NCBI RefSeq assembly: GCF_036321535.1
Contig: NC_087437.1
Coordinates: 72,480,001-72,544,000, forward strand
Origin: Camelus dromedarius
Lineage: Eukaryota
Direction: 5' to 3'
DNA length: 64,000 nucleotides
The notes under the pieces were generated by a model that was not told the origin of the DNA, made no database searches, and saw only the letters and a program-made list of their open reading frames with translations. A program made the translations under genes and the position numbers. Positions 26,389-40,250 of the stretch are shown here, piece by piece (positions within the stretch are counted from its first letter, which is position 1; the number at the start of each line of letters is the position of its first letter).

Positions 26389-29300
26389 TGTGGACTTACC
26401 ATATATGGCTTTTATTATGCTGAGGTTAGTTCCTTCTATACCTACTTTCTGAAGAGTTTTTATCATAAATGGATGTTGAATTTTATCAAAAGCTATTTCT
26501 TCATCTGTTGCGATCATAATATGGTTTTTATTCTTCAGTTTGTTATTGTGGTGTATCACACTGGTTGAATTGTAGGTATTGTACCATCTTTACATTCCTG
26601 GGATCAATCCTATTTGATCATGGTGCATGATTCTTTTTAAATATTGTTTAATTTAGTTTGCTAATATTTTGTTGAGGAAAGTTGCATTTATGCTCACCAG
26701 TGATATTGGCCTATAATTTTCCTTTTTGTGTGATATATTTATCTGGTTTAGGTATCCAGGTGATGCTGTCCTCATAAATGAGTTCAGAAACAAACCGTAT
26801 TCTGCATTTTTTGAAAAAAATTTGGGGAGGATAAGAGTTAACTCTTCTCTAACTGTTTGATAGAATTCACCTGTGATTTATCTGGTCCTGGTCTTTTGTT
26901 TGTTGGGAGTTTTTAAGTTACTGATTTGATTTCCGTACTGGTAATTGGTCTATTCACATTTTCTATTTCTTCCTGGTTTAGTCTTAGGAAAGTGCACATT
27001 TCTGAAATTTCTCCATTTCTTCTAGGTTGTCCATTTTATTGGCATATAGTTGCTCGTAGTAGTCTCTTATGATTCTTTGTATTTCTGTGGTGTCAGTCAT
27101 AACTTCTCTTTCATTTCCAATTTTATTTATTTGGAACACTTCTCTTTTCTTGATGTGTCTGACTAAAGGTTTATCAATTTTGTTTATCTTTTCAAAGAAC
27201 CAGCAATGAGTTTCATTGATCTTTTCTATTTTTTAAGTCTATTTCATGTATTTCTGCTCTGATCTTTATGACTTCTTTCCCTCTATTAACTTTAGGTCTT
27301 GTTTGTTCTTAATTTTCTAGTTCCATTAAGTGTAAGATCAGATTGTTATTTGAGATTTTTCTTGTTCCCTGAGGTACACTCGTATCATTTGAACTCCCCT
27401 CTCAGAAAGCTTTGGCTGTGTCCCATATATTTTGTATTATTGTGTTTTCATTTGTCTCCAGATGTTTTTTAAAATTTCTTCTTTGTGATTTAATGATTCG
27501 TTGGCTATTTAGTAGCATATTGTTTAGCCTCCATGTGTTTGTGTTTTATGCAATTTTTTTCTTAGAGTTGGTTTTTAGTTTAATAGCCTCAGGGTTAGAA
27601 AAGATGCTTCATGTGATTTCAATCTTCTTACACTTACTGCTACTTGAATTCTTCTATGAATTAGCACGTGATCTATCCTGGAGAATGTTCCATATGCACT
27701 TGAAAAGAATATGTATTCTGCTGCTTCGGATGGAATGTTCTGTATAGATCTACTAAGTTCACTTGGTCTGAAGTGTTTTTTAAGGCCACTATATCATTAT
27801 TATTTTTCTGTCTGGACGATCTGTCCATTGATGTAAGTGGGGTGTTAATGTCCCTTACTGTTATTGTATCAGTGTAAATTTCTCCCTTTATGTATGTTAC
27901 TATTTCCTTTATATATTTAGGTGCTCCTAGGTTGAGTGTATATATGTTTGCAATTGTTACACGTTCCTGTTGGACTGATCCCTTTATCAATGTGTAATGT
28001 CCTTCTTTGTGTCTTGTTACATCTTTGTTTCAAAGCCTATTTTGTCTGATACAAGTATCACTTCCCCAGCTTTCTTTTGATTTCCATTTGTGTGGAATAC
28101 CTTTTCCATCCCCGTACCTTCCGGCTAGTGTATCTTTAGATCTGACATGAGTTTCTTGTAAGTAGCATATATATATGGGCTTTTCTTTTCATTCAGCCAC
28201 TCTGTCTTATTTTATTTCTTATTTTATTTCTCTGTCTTATTTTATTTCTTATTTTTTATTGAAGTTTAATCGATTTACAATGTCAGTTTCAGGTGTACAG
28301 CAAAGCAATTCAGTTATACATATACATACATATATATTTTTTCAGTTTCTTTTCATTACAGCTTATTACAACTAATTGTGCTATACAGTAGGTCCTTATT
28401 GTTTATCTATTTTATATATAATAATGTGTATCTGTTAATCCTAAACTCCTAATCTATCCCTCTCCCCTTTCCTTTTTGATAACCAGTGTTTTTTTTTTTT
28501 CTATATCCATGAATCTATTTCTGGTTTGTAAATAAAATTTGTATCATTTCTTTAAAAATTGCACATATAAGTGACATCATATGATAGTATTCTTTCTCTG
28601 CCTGGCTTCCTCCACTTAATATGATAGTTTCTGGGCCCATCCATGTTGCTGCAAATGGCATTACTTATTGTTTTGTATGACTCAGTAACATTCCATTATT
28701 TCATATATGGAGAGAGACAGAAATATATAGAGATATAGATAGATAGATAGATACCACATCTTTTTTCATTCATCTGGTGATGGACACTTAGGTTGTTTCC
28801 ATGTCTTGGCTGTTGTAAATAGGGCTGCTGTGAACATTGAGGTGCATGTATCTTTTCCAACTATAGTTTCTCTGGATGTATGCCCAGGAGTGTGATTGCT
28901 GGATCATATGGTAAGTGCATTTTTAATTTTTAAAGGAACCTCCATACTGTCCTTCATAGTGGCTGCACCAATTAACATTCAAACCAACAGTGTAGGAGGG
29001 TTCCTTTTCTTCACACCCTCTTCAGCATTTATTACTTGAAGATTTTTAGTGATGGCCATTCTGACTGGTGTGAGGTGATACATTATTGTAGTTTTTATTT
29101 GCATTTCTCTAATAAATAGCAATATTGAGCATTCTTTCATGTGCCTGCTGGCCATCTGGATGTCTTTGGAGAAATGTCTATTTAGGTCTTCTACCCATTT
29201 TTTGATTGGGTTGTTTGGGGTTTTTTATGTTAAGCTACATGAGCTGTTTGTATATTTTGGAAATTAGTCCCTTGTCAGTTGCATCATTTGCAAATATTTT

Positions 29301-32300
29301 CTCCCATTCTGTAGGTTGTCTTTTTATTTTGTTAATGGTATCTTTAGCTATGCAAAAGCTTTTAAGTTTAATTAGGTCTCATTTGTTTATTTTTACTTTT
29401 ATTTCCATTACTCTAGAAGCTTGTTTGAAAAAAAATATTGCTGTGATTTATGTCAAACAGTGTTCTGCCTATGTTTTCCTCTAGTTTTATAGTATCCAGT
29501 CTTACATTTAGGACTTTAATCCATTTTGAGTTTGTTTTTGTATATGGTGTTAGAGAATGCTCTAATTTCATTCTTTTAGAAGTAGCTGTCTAGTTTTCCC
29601 AGCAACATTTATTGAAGAGACTGTCTTTTCTCCATTGTATATTTTTGCCTCCTTTATTATAGATTAATTGACCATAAGTGTGTACGTTTATTTCTGGACT
29701 TTCTAACCTGTTCCGTTGATCTGCGTCTCTGTTTTTGTGGCAGTACCATACTGTTTTGATTACTGTAGTTTTGTAGCATGGTCTAAAGTCATGGAGCATG
29801 ATTCCCCAGCTCCATTCTTCTTTCTCAAGATTGTTTTGTCTATTCAGGGTCTTTTAACATTTTTTGCTCCAGTTCTCTGAAAATGTCATTGGTTATTTTA
29901 TAGGCATTGCATTGAATCTGTATATTGCCTTGGGTAGTATGGCCATTTTAAAAATATTGATTCTTCCAATCCAAGAACATGGCATTTCATTCCATCTGCT
30001 TGTGTCATTTTCAGTGTCTTTCTTCAGTGTCTCGTGGTTTTTGGAGTCAGGTCCTTTGCCTCTTAGTAGGTTTATTCCTAGGTATTTTATTCTTTTTGAT
30101 GGGTGGTGAATGGAATCATTTCCTTAATTTCTTTTTTATGCTATTTTGTTCTTAGTGAATAGAAATGCAACTGACTTATGTGTATTGATTTTGTATCCCG
30201 CAACTTTACCAAATTCATTGATGAGCTATAGTACTTTTTTGGTAGCATCTTTAGGATTTTCTATGTATAGTATCATGTTATTTGTAAACAGGGACAATTT
30301 TACTTCTTCTTTTCCAATTTGGATTCCTTTTTTTTTTTTTTTTCTTTTTCTTCTCATACTGCTATGGCTAGGACTTCCAAAAGTACGTTGAATGAAAGTG
30401 GTGAGAGTGGGCATTCCTGTCTTGTTCCAGATCTTAGAGGAAATGCTTTCAGCTTTTCCCCACTGAGTATGATGTTAGCTTATGGCCTTTATTATTTTAA
30501 GGTATGTTCCCTCTATGCCCACTTTATGAAGAGTCTTTATCATAAATGGATGCTGAATTTTATCAAAAGCTTCTTCTGCATCAATTGAGATGATCATATG
30601 GTTTTTATTCTTCAGTTTGTTAATATAATGTATCACATTGATTGATTTGTGGATACTGAATCATCCTTACCTGTCTGAGATAAATCTCACTTGATTTGGT
30701 GTATGATCCTTTTAATGCTTTATATATTTCTATTTCCTATTATATTCTTGAGGATTTTTGCATCTATATTCATAAGTGATATTGGCCTGTAATTTTCTTT
30801 ATTTGTGTGTGATATCTTTGTCTGATTTTGGTCTCAGGATGATGGTGGCCTCATAGAATGAATTTGGAAGTGTTCATTCCTCTGCAATTTCTTGGAATAG
30901 TTTCAGAAGGATAGGTGTTAACCTTTCTCTAAATGTTTTGTATAATTCACCTGTGAAGTCATCTGGTCCTGCAGTTTATTGGGAGTTTTAAAATTACTGA
31001 TTTGATTTCTGTACTGGTAATTGGTCTATTCATATTTTCTATTTCTTCTGGTTTAGTCTTGGCAAATTGTACCTTTCTAAGAAATTGTTACATTTCTCAA
31101 CCTTGAAGAAATGGCCCTTTGTATGAGCTATCATATGCATCCCAGCAGTGCACTCAAGGACCAGGGTTCAGCTGGTCCCAGGGTAGAGTCTGGCCTGCAT
31201 TTGTGGACGCCTTCCACAGGCTGTGGGATTGTTGTTTTCTTACTTCTGGTATCTGCCCCTTGGTAGGTGAAGCTGGACTAGAGGCTTGTGCAGGCCTGGC
31301 AGGAGGGGTTGGTGCTTGCCCACTGGTGAGTGGGCCCAGAGGTCCAACATCAAGAGAAGAAGTCTGCAGAGCATTTGTTTTTGAAGACCACCTGGGCTTA
31401 ATTGCAGGAGCTCCATAGGATAGGGGGAAACAGAGACTTCACTCTCTTGGATCACACACAGAATCTCACATGCACTGGGACCAGGGGAAGAGACAGTGAT
31501 TTCATAGGAACCTGGGCTAGACCTGCCTGCTGGTTTTTGGAAGGTCTCCTGAGAGGTGAGTGTGGCTGTGGCTCCCCCTTGGGAAATAAAAGCTGGTGGA
31601 GAACATTTGGGGAGTATTCATCTGTATAAGCTTTCCCTGGAGGCTGACATCTGGCTTGGATTATTAGCACCAAGAGCTGGCTCCACTCAACAGCCTGTAG
31701 GCTTAAGTACTGGGACACCTCAGGCCAAACGATATACCAGATGGGAACACAGCTCTACCCATCAGCAGACTTCCTGAGCCCACAAATGCCTCTAGATATG
31801 CCCCTGGACATAGCCCTGCCCGCTAGAGGGTCAGGACCCAGCTCCACTTATTCAGCTTTTGCTTGTGTATAAATTTTTACTTTCTCCATCACATATGAAT
31901 GAAAAACGTGATGGGTAGAGTATTATTGTTTGTAGGTTTTTCCTTTCGTCACTTTAAATACATCACACCTGCATTCATTCTAGCCTGCAGAGTTTCTGCT
32001 GAAAAGTCAGCAGGAGTTCCTTTGTGTATAACATTTTGCTTTTCCTTGGCTGCTTTTAATATTCTGTCTTTAATTTTTGCCATTTTAAAAACAATGTGTC
32101 TCGGTGTAGTCTTCTTTTGGGTTTTTCCTCTTTGGGACTGTCTGTGCAACCTGTACCTGGATATTTGTTCTTTTCCCAGGAGAGGGAAGTTTTCAGCTAT
32201 TATATCTTCAAATAAGTCTCTGCCACTTTCTCTTGTCCTCCTGGGTTTCTTATCATGAGAATGTTGGTACCCCTGATGTTGTTCCAGAAGTCTTTTAAAC

Positions 32301-33872
32301 TGTCCTCACTTTTTAAAGTTATTTTTTCTTTTTCATGTTCAGCATCAGTGATTTCCACTACTCTGTCTCCTCGTATGCTGACCCATTCCTTTGTGTCATC
32401 TAATATGCTGTTGATTCCTTCTAGTGTGTATTTTTTATGTAAGTTATTATATTCTTCAACTTTGTTTAGCTCTTTTTTACATTTTCTAACTTTTTGTCAA
32501 ACTTATTACTGTGTTCATCCATTCTTCTCTCAAATTCATTGAGCATCTTCATGATTATTACCTTGAACTCTTATTAGGTAGATTTCCTATCTCCACTTTG
32601 CTTAGCTTTTCTTCTAAGTTATTATCCTGTTCCTTCATTTTGAATATATTCCTTTGTCATTTCATTTTTCCTGATTTTCTGTTTTTATGTTTATGTATTA
32701 GGTATGTTTGTTACATTTACAGATCTTGGAAAAGTGGCCTAATGTAGAAGATGTTTTATGGTGCCCTGCAGCATACTCCCTTCTGTTAAACAGAGGTATA
32801 TGCTCTAGGGATGCCTCTAGGTGAACTGCATAGGCCCTTTAATTGTGGCAGGACTGGCTACAGTGGGTCACTGGTAAGAATGGCTGGCCCCTTGCCTAGT
32901 TGATTGTCAGGCCCTGCCTAGTGTAGTGTCTGCCAGACAGACACTGGTGGGTGGAGCCACGTCCCGGAACTGGTGCCAGCCTATTGATTAGTGGGTTTGT
33001 GTCTTATTGCAGATAACTGTGGTATTCAGGAGGTCCTGGGGATAGTGCTGGCCCACTGATGGGCAGGACTGGAGCCTAGGAGGTCCTGTGGATGATGCCT
33101 GTCCACCACTGGGCAGGGCCAGTTCCCAGTGCAGCTGTCTGCAGAGGTCTCTTAGTTAATGGGTTGATTTTTGCCTGCTGGTGGGTGGGACTGGGTTCTG
33201 GTATGTCTGACTGTGGTGGCCTGGGGTTCTCAGGGCTGGTGCCTACCCACTGTTGGGTGAGACCAAGTCCCAGGACTGGTGCTGACCCACTGGTGGGCAG
33301 GGTCAGGTCTCGCCAGCATCTGTGTCCTCAGGGTGAGTGCCAGTTGCCTCCTGCCTCTTCAGGAAGCTCTACAAGATCAGCAAATGAGTCTGACCCAGGC
33401 TCCTTTCAATTACTGCTTCTGCCTTGGGTCTCTGAGTGTGTGAGATTTTGTGTGTGCCCTTTAAGAGTGGAATCTCTCTTTCCTACAGCTTTCTGGCTCT
33501 CCTGAATGCATGCCCCACTGGCCTTCAAAGCCAGATGTTCTGGGGACTCGTCTTCCCAGTGAAAAACCCCCAGGCAGGGGAGTTTGATGTGGGGTGGACC
33601 CCTGGTTCCTTGGGTGTAACCTCTGCAATTATGATTATCCTCCTGTTTGTGGGTCCACGTAACTGGAGGTGTAGTCTTGACTATACTGCGTCTCCCATCC
33701 TCTTACCACCTTATTGTGATTCCATCTGTATATCTTTAGCTGTAGAAGATCTTTTTTTGCTAGTTTTTAGTTGTCCTTATTTATAATTGCCCTGTAAATC
33801 ATTGTAATTTTGGTGTGCCTATGGGCAGAGGTTTGCTCAGGGTCTCCCTACTCCACCATCTTGACAAAGTCC
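26385..33872 (-). mobile_element. Nested and rearranged LINE-1 cluster: ORF2 about 26385-28200, second L1 about 28210-31090, 5'UTR pieces in both orientations about 31100-31850, ORF1 and 5'UTR about 31850-33872
   Basis: ORF-track peptides match L1 ORF2 ([37 protein letters not shown]) and ORF1 (TPRHIVFKMAKIKDRILKAAKEK). All frames are disrupted. Confidence 0.9.
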
Positions 33873-33889
33873 AAGCCTGTAAGAGGCTT

Positions 33890-33928
33890 TTAATGTGCTG
33901 TTGAATTCAATTTCCTGTTGAGGATTTT

Positions 33929-34006
<78 letters not shown>

Positions 34007-36605
34007 GATATTGGCCAGTAGTTTTTCTTTTCTTGTGATGTCTTTGTCTGGCTTTGCTATCAAGGTAAAGCTGACCTAGTAAAATGAGTTTGGAACTGAT
34101 GCCTCCTTCTCAATTTCTTGAAAGAGCTTGAGAAGCCCTAGTATTAATTCTTGTTTAAATGCTTGGTGGGATTCTGTAGTGAAGCCATCTAGTCCTGGAC
34201 TTCCCTTTGTTCAGAGGTTTTCGGTTACTGATTCAGTCTCCATACTGGTTATATTTCTGTTCAGACTTTCTACTTCTTCATGATTTAGTTTTGATAGGTT
34301 GTATGTTACTAGGAATTTATCTATTTCTTCTAGGTTATCCAGTTTGTTGGCATATAATTTTTCATAGCAGTCTCTTACGATATTTTTTATTTCTGTGCAT
34401 CAGTCATAATGTCTATTCTTTCATTTTTTATTTAATTTATTTGAGTCTTCTCTCTTTTTTTGTTAGTCTAGTTAATGGTTTATCAATTTTATCTTTTCAA
34501 AAACGAACTCTTAGTCTAGTTGATTTTTTCTATTTTCTATTTTATTTAATCTTTGTAACTTCCTTCCTTCACCTAACTCTTGACTCAGTTTTTTGCTTCT
34601 TTTTATAGCTCCTTAAGAAGTAGCATTAGGTTTTTTGTGCAATTCCTATCAAAATTCCCATAGCATTTTTTACAATAGAAAAACAATTCTATAATCCATA
34701 TGGAACACAGAAAGCCCACAAATAGCCAAATCAGCCTTGAGAAAGAAGAATGAAGCTGGAGGTATCACACTTCTTGATTTCAGAATATAGTACAAGGTTA
34801 CAGTAATCAAAATAGCTTGGAACTAGCATGAAGAGAGACATACGGATCAATGGAATAGAATAGAGAACTCAGAATTAAATCTACACTATACAGTCAACCG
34901 ATCTTTGACAAGGTGCCAAGACACATAATGGGGAAAGGACTGTCTCTTGAACAAATGATGTTGTGAAAACTGGATATCCACATGCAAAAGGATACAACTG
35001 GACCTTTATTTTACATCATACAGAAAAATAAACTCAAAATGAATTAAAAACTTAAATGTCAGAGTTTAAACTGTTAAACTCCTAGAAAACTCCTAGGGAA
35101 AAAACTTCATGACATTGGTCTTGGCAATGACTTCATGGAAATGACACCAAAAGTACAGGCCACAAAAACAAAAATAGACAAGCAGGACTATATTAAGCTA
35201 AAAAACTTCTGCACAATGAAGGAAAAAATCAGCAGCGTAAGGGCCAACCTACAGAACAAGAGAAATACTTCCAGAGGTCTTTAAGAGTCATAAAACCCAT
35301 CACAAGCATGCAAATGTTGGTTTCTCGCTGTACTAATGACATTTAAAACCATAGCCTATTCATGTGTTTTCCAGTTATGGAACAGGAAACAATCACTCAG
35401 GTACACAGGCAAGTAGCTCTAGGATGGCGACAGCATTTGGTCACTCTCAGGGTTTGTCCTCCTTCTGAATCTCAGAGGTCTTGTAGCAGCCCTGAAGTGC
35501 TTGCACATGGGACTGTTCTAAGCCTTATTTCTTCCGGTTACAGTCACATCATTTGGCCTAATAAGTTTCTAAAACTAGTTTCTATTTTATTTAGGGCAAG
35601 TTTCCAAGTGTGTTTTTAAATTAATCAGTGCTAGTAATAAAAGATAACATGATCCTGAGAAAAATTATTTCAGACCATGTATCTGATGAGGGTTATCACC
35701 AAAATATATTTAAAAATTACTAAAACTCAGTAGCAAAAAAAACCCTATAACCCAACAAACAAATAGGCTAAGGATTTGAACAGATATTTCTTCAAAGAAG
35801 ATATAAATGGCCAACAAGTATATGAAAACATACTCAATGACACTAATTATCAGGGAAATGAAGATCAATACCACAGTGAGATATGACCTGGCATCTGTCA
35901 GCATGGCTATTATCAAAAAACGAAACACAACAAGTGTTGATGAGAATGTGGAGAAGTTGGAACACTTGTTTGCTGCTGGTGGGAATGCAAAATGGTATGG
36001 CCACTATGGAAAACACCATGGAGGTTTCTCAAAAAATTTAAAATTGAACTATATATAATCCAATCCCACTTCTGGGTATTTATGCAAAAAAAATTGAAAT
36101 CAGGATCTAAAAGAGATATTAGCACCCTTGTGTTCATTGCAGCACTATGCACATTAGCCAAGGTGTAGAAACAACCTAAATATTCATCCAGAAATGAATG
36201 GATAAAGGATATGTGGTATGTACAAACAATGGAATACTATGCAGCCTTAAAAAGAAGGAAATTCTGCAATATGTGACAACATAGCTGAACCTCAAGGGCA
36301 CTATGCTAAGTAAAATAAGCCAGTCACAAAAGACAGGCGCCGCACGATTGCACTTGTGTGAAGTACCTAAAATAATCGAATTCATAGAATCAGAGAGTGA
36401 AATGGTAGTTGCCAGGGGCTGAGGAGACAGAGAAATGGGGAGTTACTAATCAATGGGCATAAGTTAAGCAACTTACAAACAAGTTCTAGAGATCTGCTCC
36501 ACGTTGTACTGATAATCAACAATACTACATCATATGCTTAAAAAATTTTGTTAAGAGGATAGAGCTCATGTTAAATGTTCTTACCCCAACAAACTAAAAA
36601 ATAGA
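33890..36605. mobile_element. Older LINE-1 with an antisense ORF2 piece (about 33890-34638) joined to a sense ORF2/3'UTR piece (about 34639-36605)
   Basis: L1 ORF2 text switches strand near 34638. The sense part ends in an A-rich tail. Interrupted by (AT)n and a non-L1 block at about 35275-35670. Confidence 0.8.
33932..34003. repeat. Perfect (AT)n microsatellite, about 36 units
   Basis: Directly visible. Confidence 0.97.
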
Positions 36606-36609
36606 AGTA

Positions 36610-38700
36610 AGAGGATAAAAAATTATGAGAAATTGAAAACTGAATAAGCCAACAATTTTGAAAGGAACTCAGTTGAAATGAAAGAATTCTACTACCAAAA
36701 CATCCATAAATCCAGATGGTTGTTAAGGAAAAGAAATCGCTCTCGTACATATTTCTAAAAGAAGAAATACTAAATGACTAAACCCTTTCTTTGAGGCTAG
36801 TGTTAATTTCAAAACCTAATTTGTAATCTTTATTTTAAAGCCAAAAAATAAAACTATAGTCGTGTTTTACTTATAAAGTGGAAAAAAAATCCCAGAATAG
36901 TTTAGCACTAGAAAATCTGTCAATGTAATTTATCATATTAGTGGACTGCTTTGGAAAATTCGTATCATTGTCTTAACAGGTACAAAAAATTATTTCTTAA
37001 GTTCAACAACCTATATATGATAAAACCACAGAAAATGGAAATAATGAAACATCTCCTAAACTTGATAATGTGCTTAACAGCCAAAAACTGTAGCAAATAT
37101 CATACTTAGATAAATTTTAGACATGGTCTTTAAATTCAGAAATGTTTTAAAGCAAAAATGTCATTATGTGCAAGACAGATGGTTATTTACAGGGAAAATC
37201 ATTAGATCAACAGAAAAGCTTTGAATAAATAGAGTTTAGCAAGGTTTCCAGCTACAGGTTAACTTCAAAATCCATAACTGTTCCTAAACCACTAATAATC
37301 AGCTAGAAAATTTCATTTAAAAATGATACCATTCATTATAGTGAACAGATTAAAAGTACCAGGGAATTAACTTAACAAAAATTACATAAACCCTGCAGAA
37401 AGAAAATTTTTAAATTTTCCTGAAAGGCGTCCATGAATAAATGGATGACATATTTATAGGTGGAGCAAATTACACTGTAAAGATATCGATACTTCCAAAA
37501 TTAAATTAATCTAAAAATTCAATGTAGGACTAACCAAAATTCCAGCCACATTTTTTAAAGAACTTAGTAAACTTAGTTCATGATGTATGCGTGTGCTTGT
37601 GCATCTCTGAATTGAAATATCAAGTTAAGAAAGAAAAGAGGGAAATCTCTCCCTATCACATTTTAACACATAACAAAAAGTCGTCGAAATAAAAACTATA
37701 TGCATTTAAAAAAAAAACAAAAAATTAAACAATGGAACAAAAGTTCCACCTGAGAGAGATGGAAATGGAGTTCATAAGTAAGAGAAGGGAAGAACAGATT
37801 GTATAGAAGCTGATGGTGGGAAATCTGAATCATTATATAACAACATTTAATACTATATATCAAGTCTACATTATGTACAAAGGTTTAAATACCTATATAT
37901 AAAATAGAAAAAATAGGAAGCTAATAAATATGATTATATTTTTGTGAATTTAGGTGAATGAGGACTTCTTAAATAAGATCCCAAACTCAAACTATTGGGT
38001 GAAAAAATGTGGATTTAACAACATCAAAACATTAAAGACTTCTTTTAATGATAAAACTGAGAAATTTAATGGAGTTATGCAAAATAGGGAGAAGTAATCG
38101 GTATCTAGTACATAAAGGATCTAGGATATAAAGAATTTCGGCAAATACAGACAGAGATCATATGAAGATGTAGACAACAACATTACAGAAACAGACTTGC
38201 AGACATAGTAAACAATCTTATGGTTACTGGGTGACAGGAGGTGGGAAGGGATAAATTTGGGAGTTTGAGATTTGCAAATGTTAGGCACTATATATAAAAA
38301 TAGATTCTAAAAATTCCTTCTGTATAGCACAGGGGACCATACTCAATATCTTGTAATAACCCTTAATAAGAAAGAATATGAAAAGGAATATATGTATGTA
38401 TATGCATGACTGGGACAGTATGCTGTACACCAGAAACTGACACATTATAACTAATTGTACTTCAATTAAAAAAAAAAAAAGAATGTTACAGAAGAGGAAA
38501 CCTGAATGGTTAACAATACATAAGACATGCTCATACTTAATAATCAGAAAAAAATCCCGTAAGTCAAAGCAGTCATTAAACTGGTAACAGTGGGAGAAGT
38601 GAATAGACAGTGAATCAGGGAATGAGTAGAAACATTCAAAGACATTAATATTAATATAACCTTATCTGAAAGCAGTAATTCATGAAACTGGATATGTAAA
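36610..38700 (+). mobile_element. Old LINE-1 remnants with a younger L1 3' end nested at about 38190-38480
   Basis: Degenerate ORF2 text. The nested piece has a poly-A tail and the flanking repeat ttacagaa. Confidence 0.7.
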
Positions 38701-39099
38701 CAATCTTTTTCTTCCATTTATTTTTAAAATAATGATTGCTGCTACCAAATGGAAGATTTAATATGGAAGGTTAGTTGTCTTAAATTTGAAGTATATACAA
38801 TGACAACAAAAATTACGCATCTTCCAATTACCTGTGCTCATTCGGGTGTGTGGCTCATTCGGGTGTCCAGTTAGGTTATCTCAGGTGGAGCGTGTTTTGA
38901 AGCACATTCTCTGACCTACAGATATAATGACAGTAATGGATCCATTGTTGAATCAGCCCAAACCCTCCCCCAAATGGAGTCCATTGTAAGAGCATGTGCT
39001 CTGAATTAAAAATTGAGAGATTGAAGCTCTCCTGACAGACAAAATATCTTTTCAATAATATTTTTGATCACTGATTTTTAATAATGTTTTGATATGATT

Positions 39100-39735
39100 T
39101 ATAAATTTCCTGGAGAAATTTCCTACTATACTCCCAAATTTATAACTCTGGCCCTTATCATCTCTGTAAATTTCAGGTACTTAAATCTGGTTCCTTGTAC
39201 TCCTTGGTTTTAAGTACTTCAATGGATTGATATTGCAGATAGTTAAAAGCCCAAATGCCTGTCCAGGACTGTGGGCCTTATCTGTTCTGGCCCCCATTCC
39301 TATTTTTTGAAGTATTATTCTATACTTCAAAAGGTTACACTGACCTTCTCATTTTTCTTGGGGCACACCAAGCTCATTCCCACTGAAGGACCTATACTAA
39401 CTCCTTTTTTTGCGTGGAATGCTCTGCCAAGAACTTTACTCATGACTTTTTTCTGACCTAGTTCTCAGTTTAAATGTCATCTCCCCAAAGAGATCACTCA
39501 ACATCAATTAGCCCCATGATCTTTTTCAATTATATCATTCTGCTTTGTTTTCTAAATAGTACTTATCACTACCCAGTATTTCCTTCTATCTTTTCTTGAC
39601 TACCCCTCCCCACTGGGACATTAGCTTCTGATGGCAAAGAACTTGTCTGTTTCAGTTGTGTCTCTGTCTCTCACACTGGGAACAATGCAATACATAGACC
39701 CTCAGGAAGTATTTGTTAAATCACTGAATGGATAT
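39100..39735. mobile_element. LINE-2 fragment
   Basis: tggaatgctct...tcagtttaaatgtcatctcc...gtatttgttaaatcactgaatg. Confidence 0.65.
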
Positions 39736-40150
39736 TTCATTATACTAGTCCTGTAAAGTAGGACCACTGTCATCTTACTGTGGCTCTGTCAGGTAGATTT
39801 ATCTCAAACTTCCAACCTCAGGCTTTTTTTTACCACCCAGTAGTCCTCCTCCCACCAGTTGTCTGAAGTCTATATGCTCTCTCTTGTCAAAATCTGTCCT
39901 CAAGAAAGAATCTTAAACTCAATTTACCAAAAGCATGAATGATTACTAACACCCTACCTTTGTAACAATCCCAAGTAGAGTATCATCTTAATAAGGATAA
40001 ATCCTTGACTGCAAAATCACCAAGGATATGGAAAAGAGTTTTCCATGATTCTTTTTATGATCCAGAGCCCTTGGGTTATTTTTTTCCAGATTTGAAACTA
40101 GCCTGATTTTACTCACCTTCTCTATCAGGACAGGTAGTAATAAAACTTAC

Positions 40151-40250
40151 TTTTTCTTTCTCAGAACAATACAGATGATAAATGAAATACATAGAAAAAT
40201 TATAAGCACACCAACTATATGCAGCCGAGTATAAGAAGAACGAGCAGAAC
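40151..40250 (-). CDS. CD200-like gene, transmembrane exon (CSARSSYTRLHIVGVLIIFLCISFIICIVLRKK)
   Basis: Acceptor tgtttttcag| and donor AA|gtaagt. Phase-1 entry gives a 19-residue hydrophobic helix followed by an RKK(K) stop-transfer cluster. Too short for the ORF track. Confidence 0.82.

Noticed and set aside
26365..36385. Many 60-137 aa ORFs
   Set aside because: Broken L1 ORF1, ORF2 or UTR frames and their antisense readings. No intact L1 or host gene.
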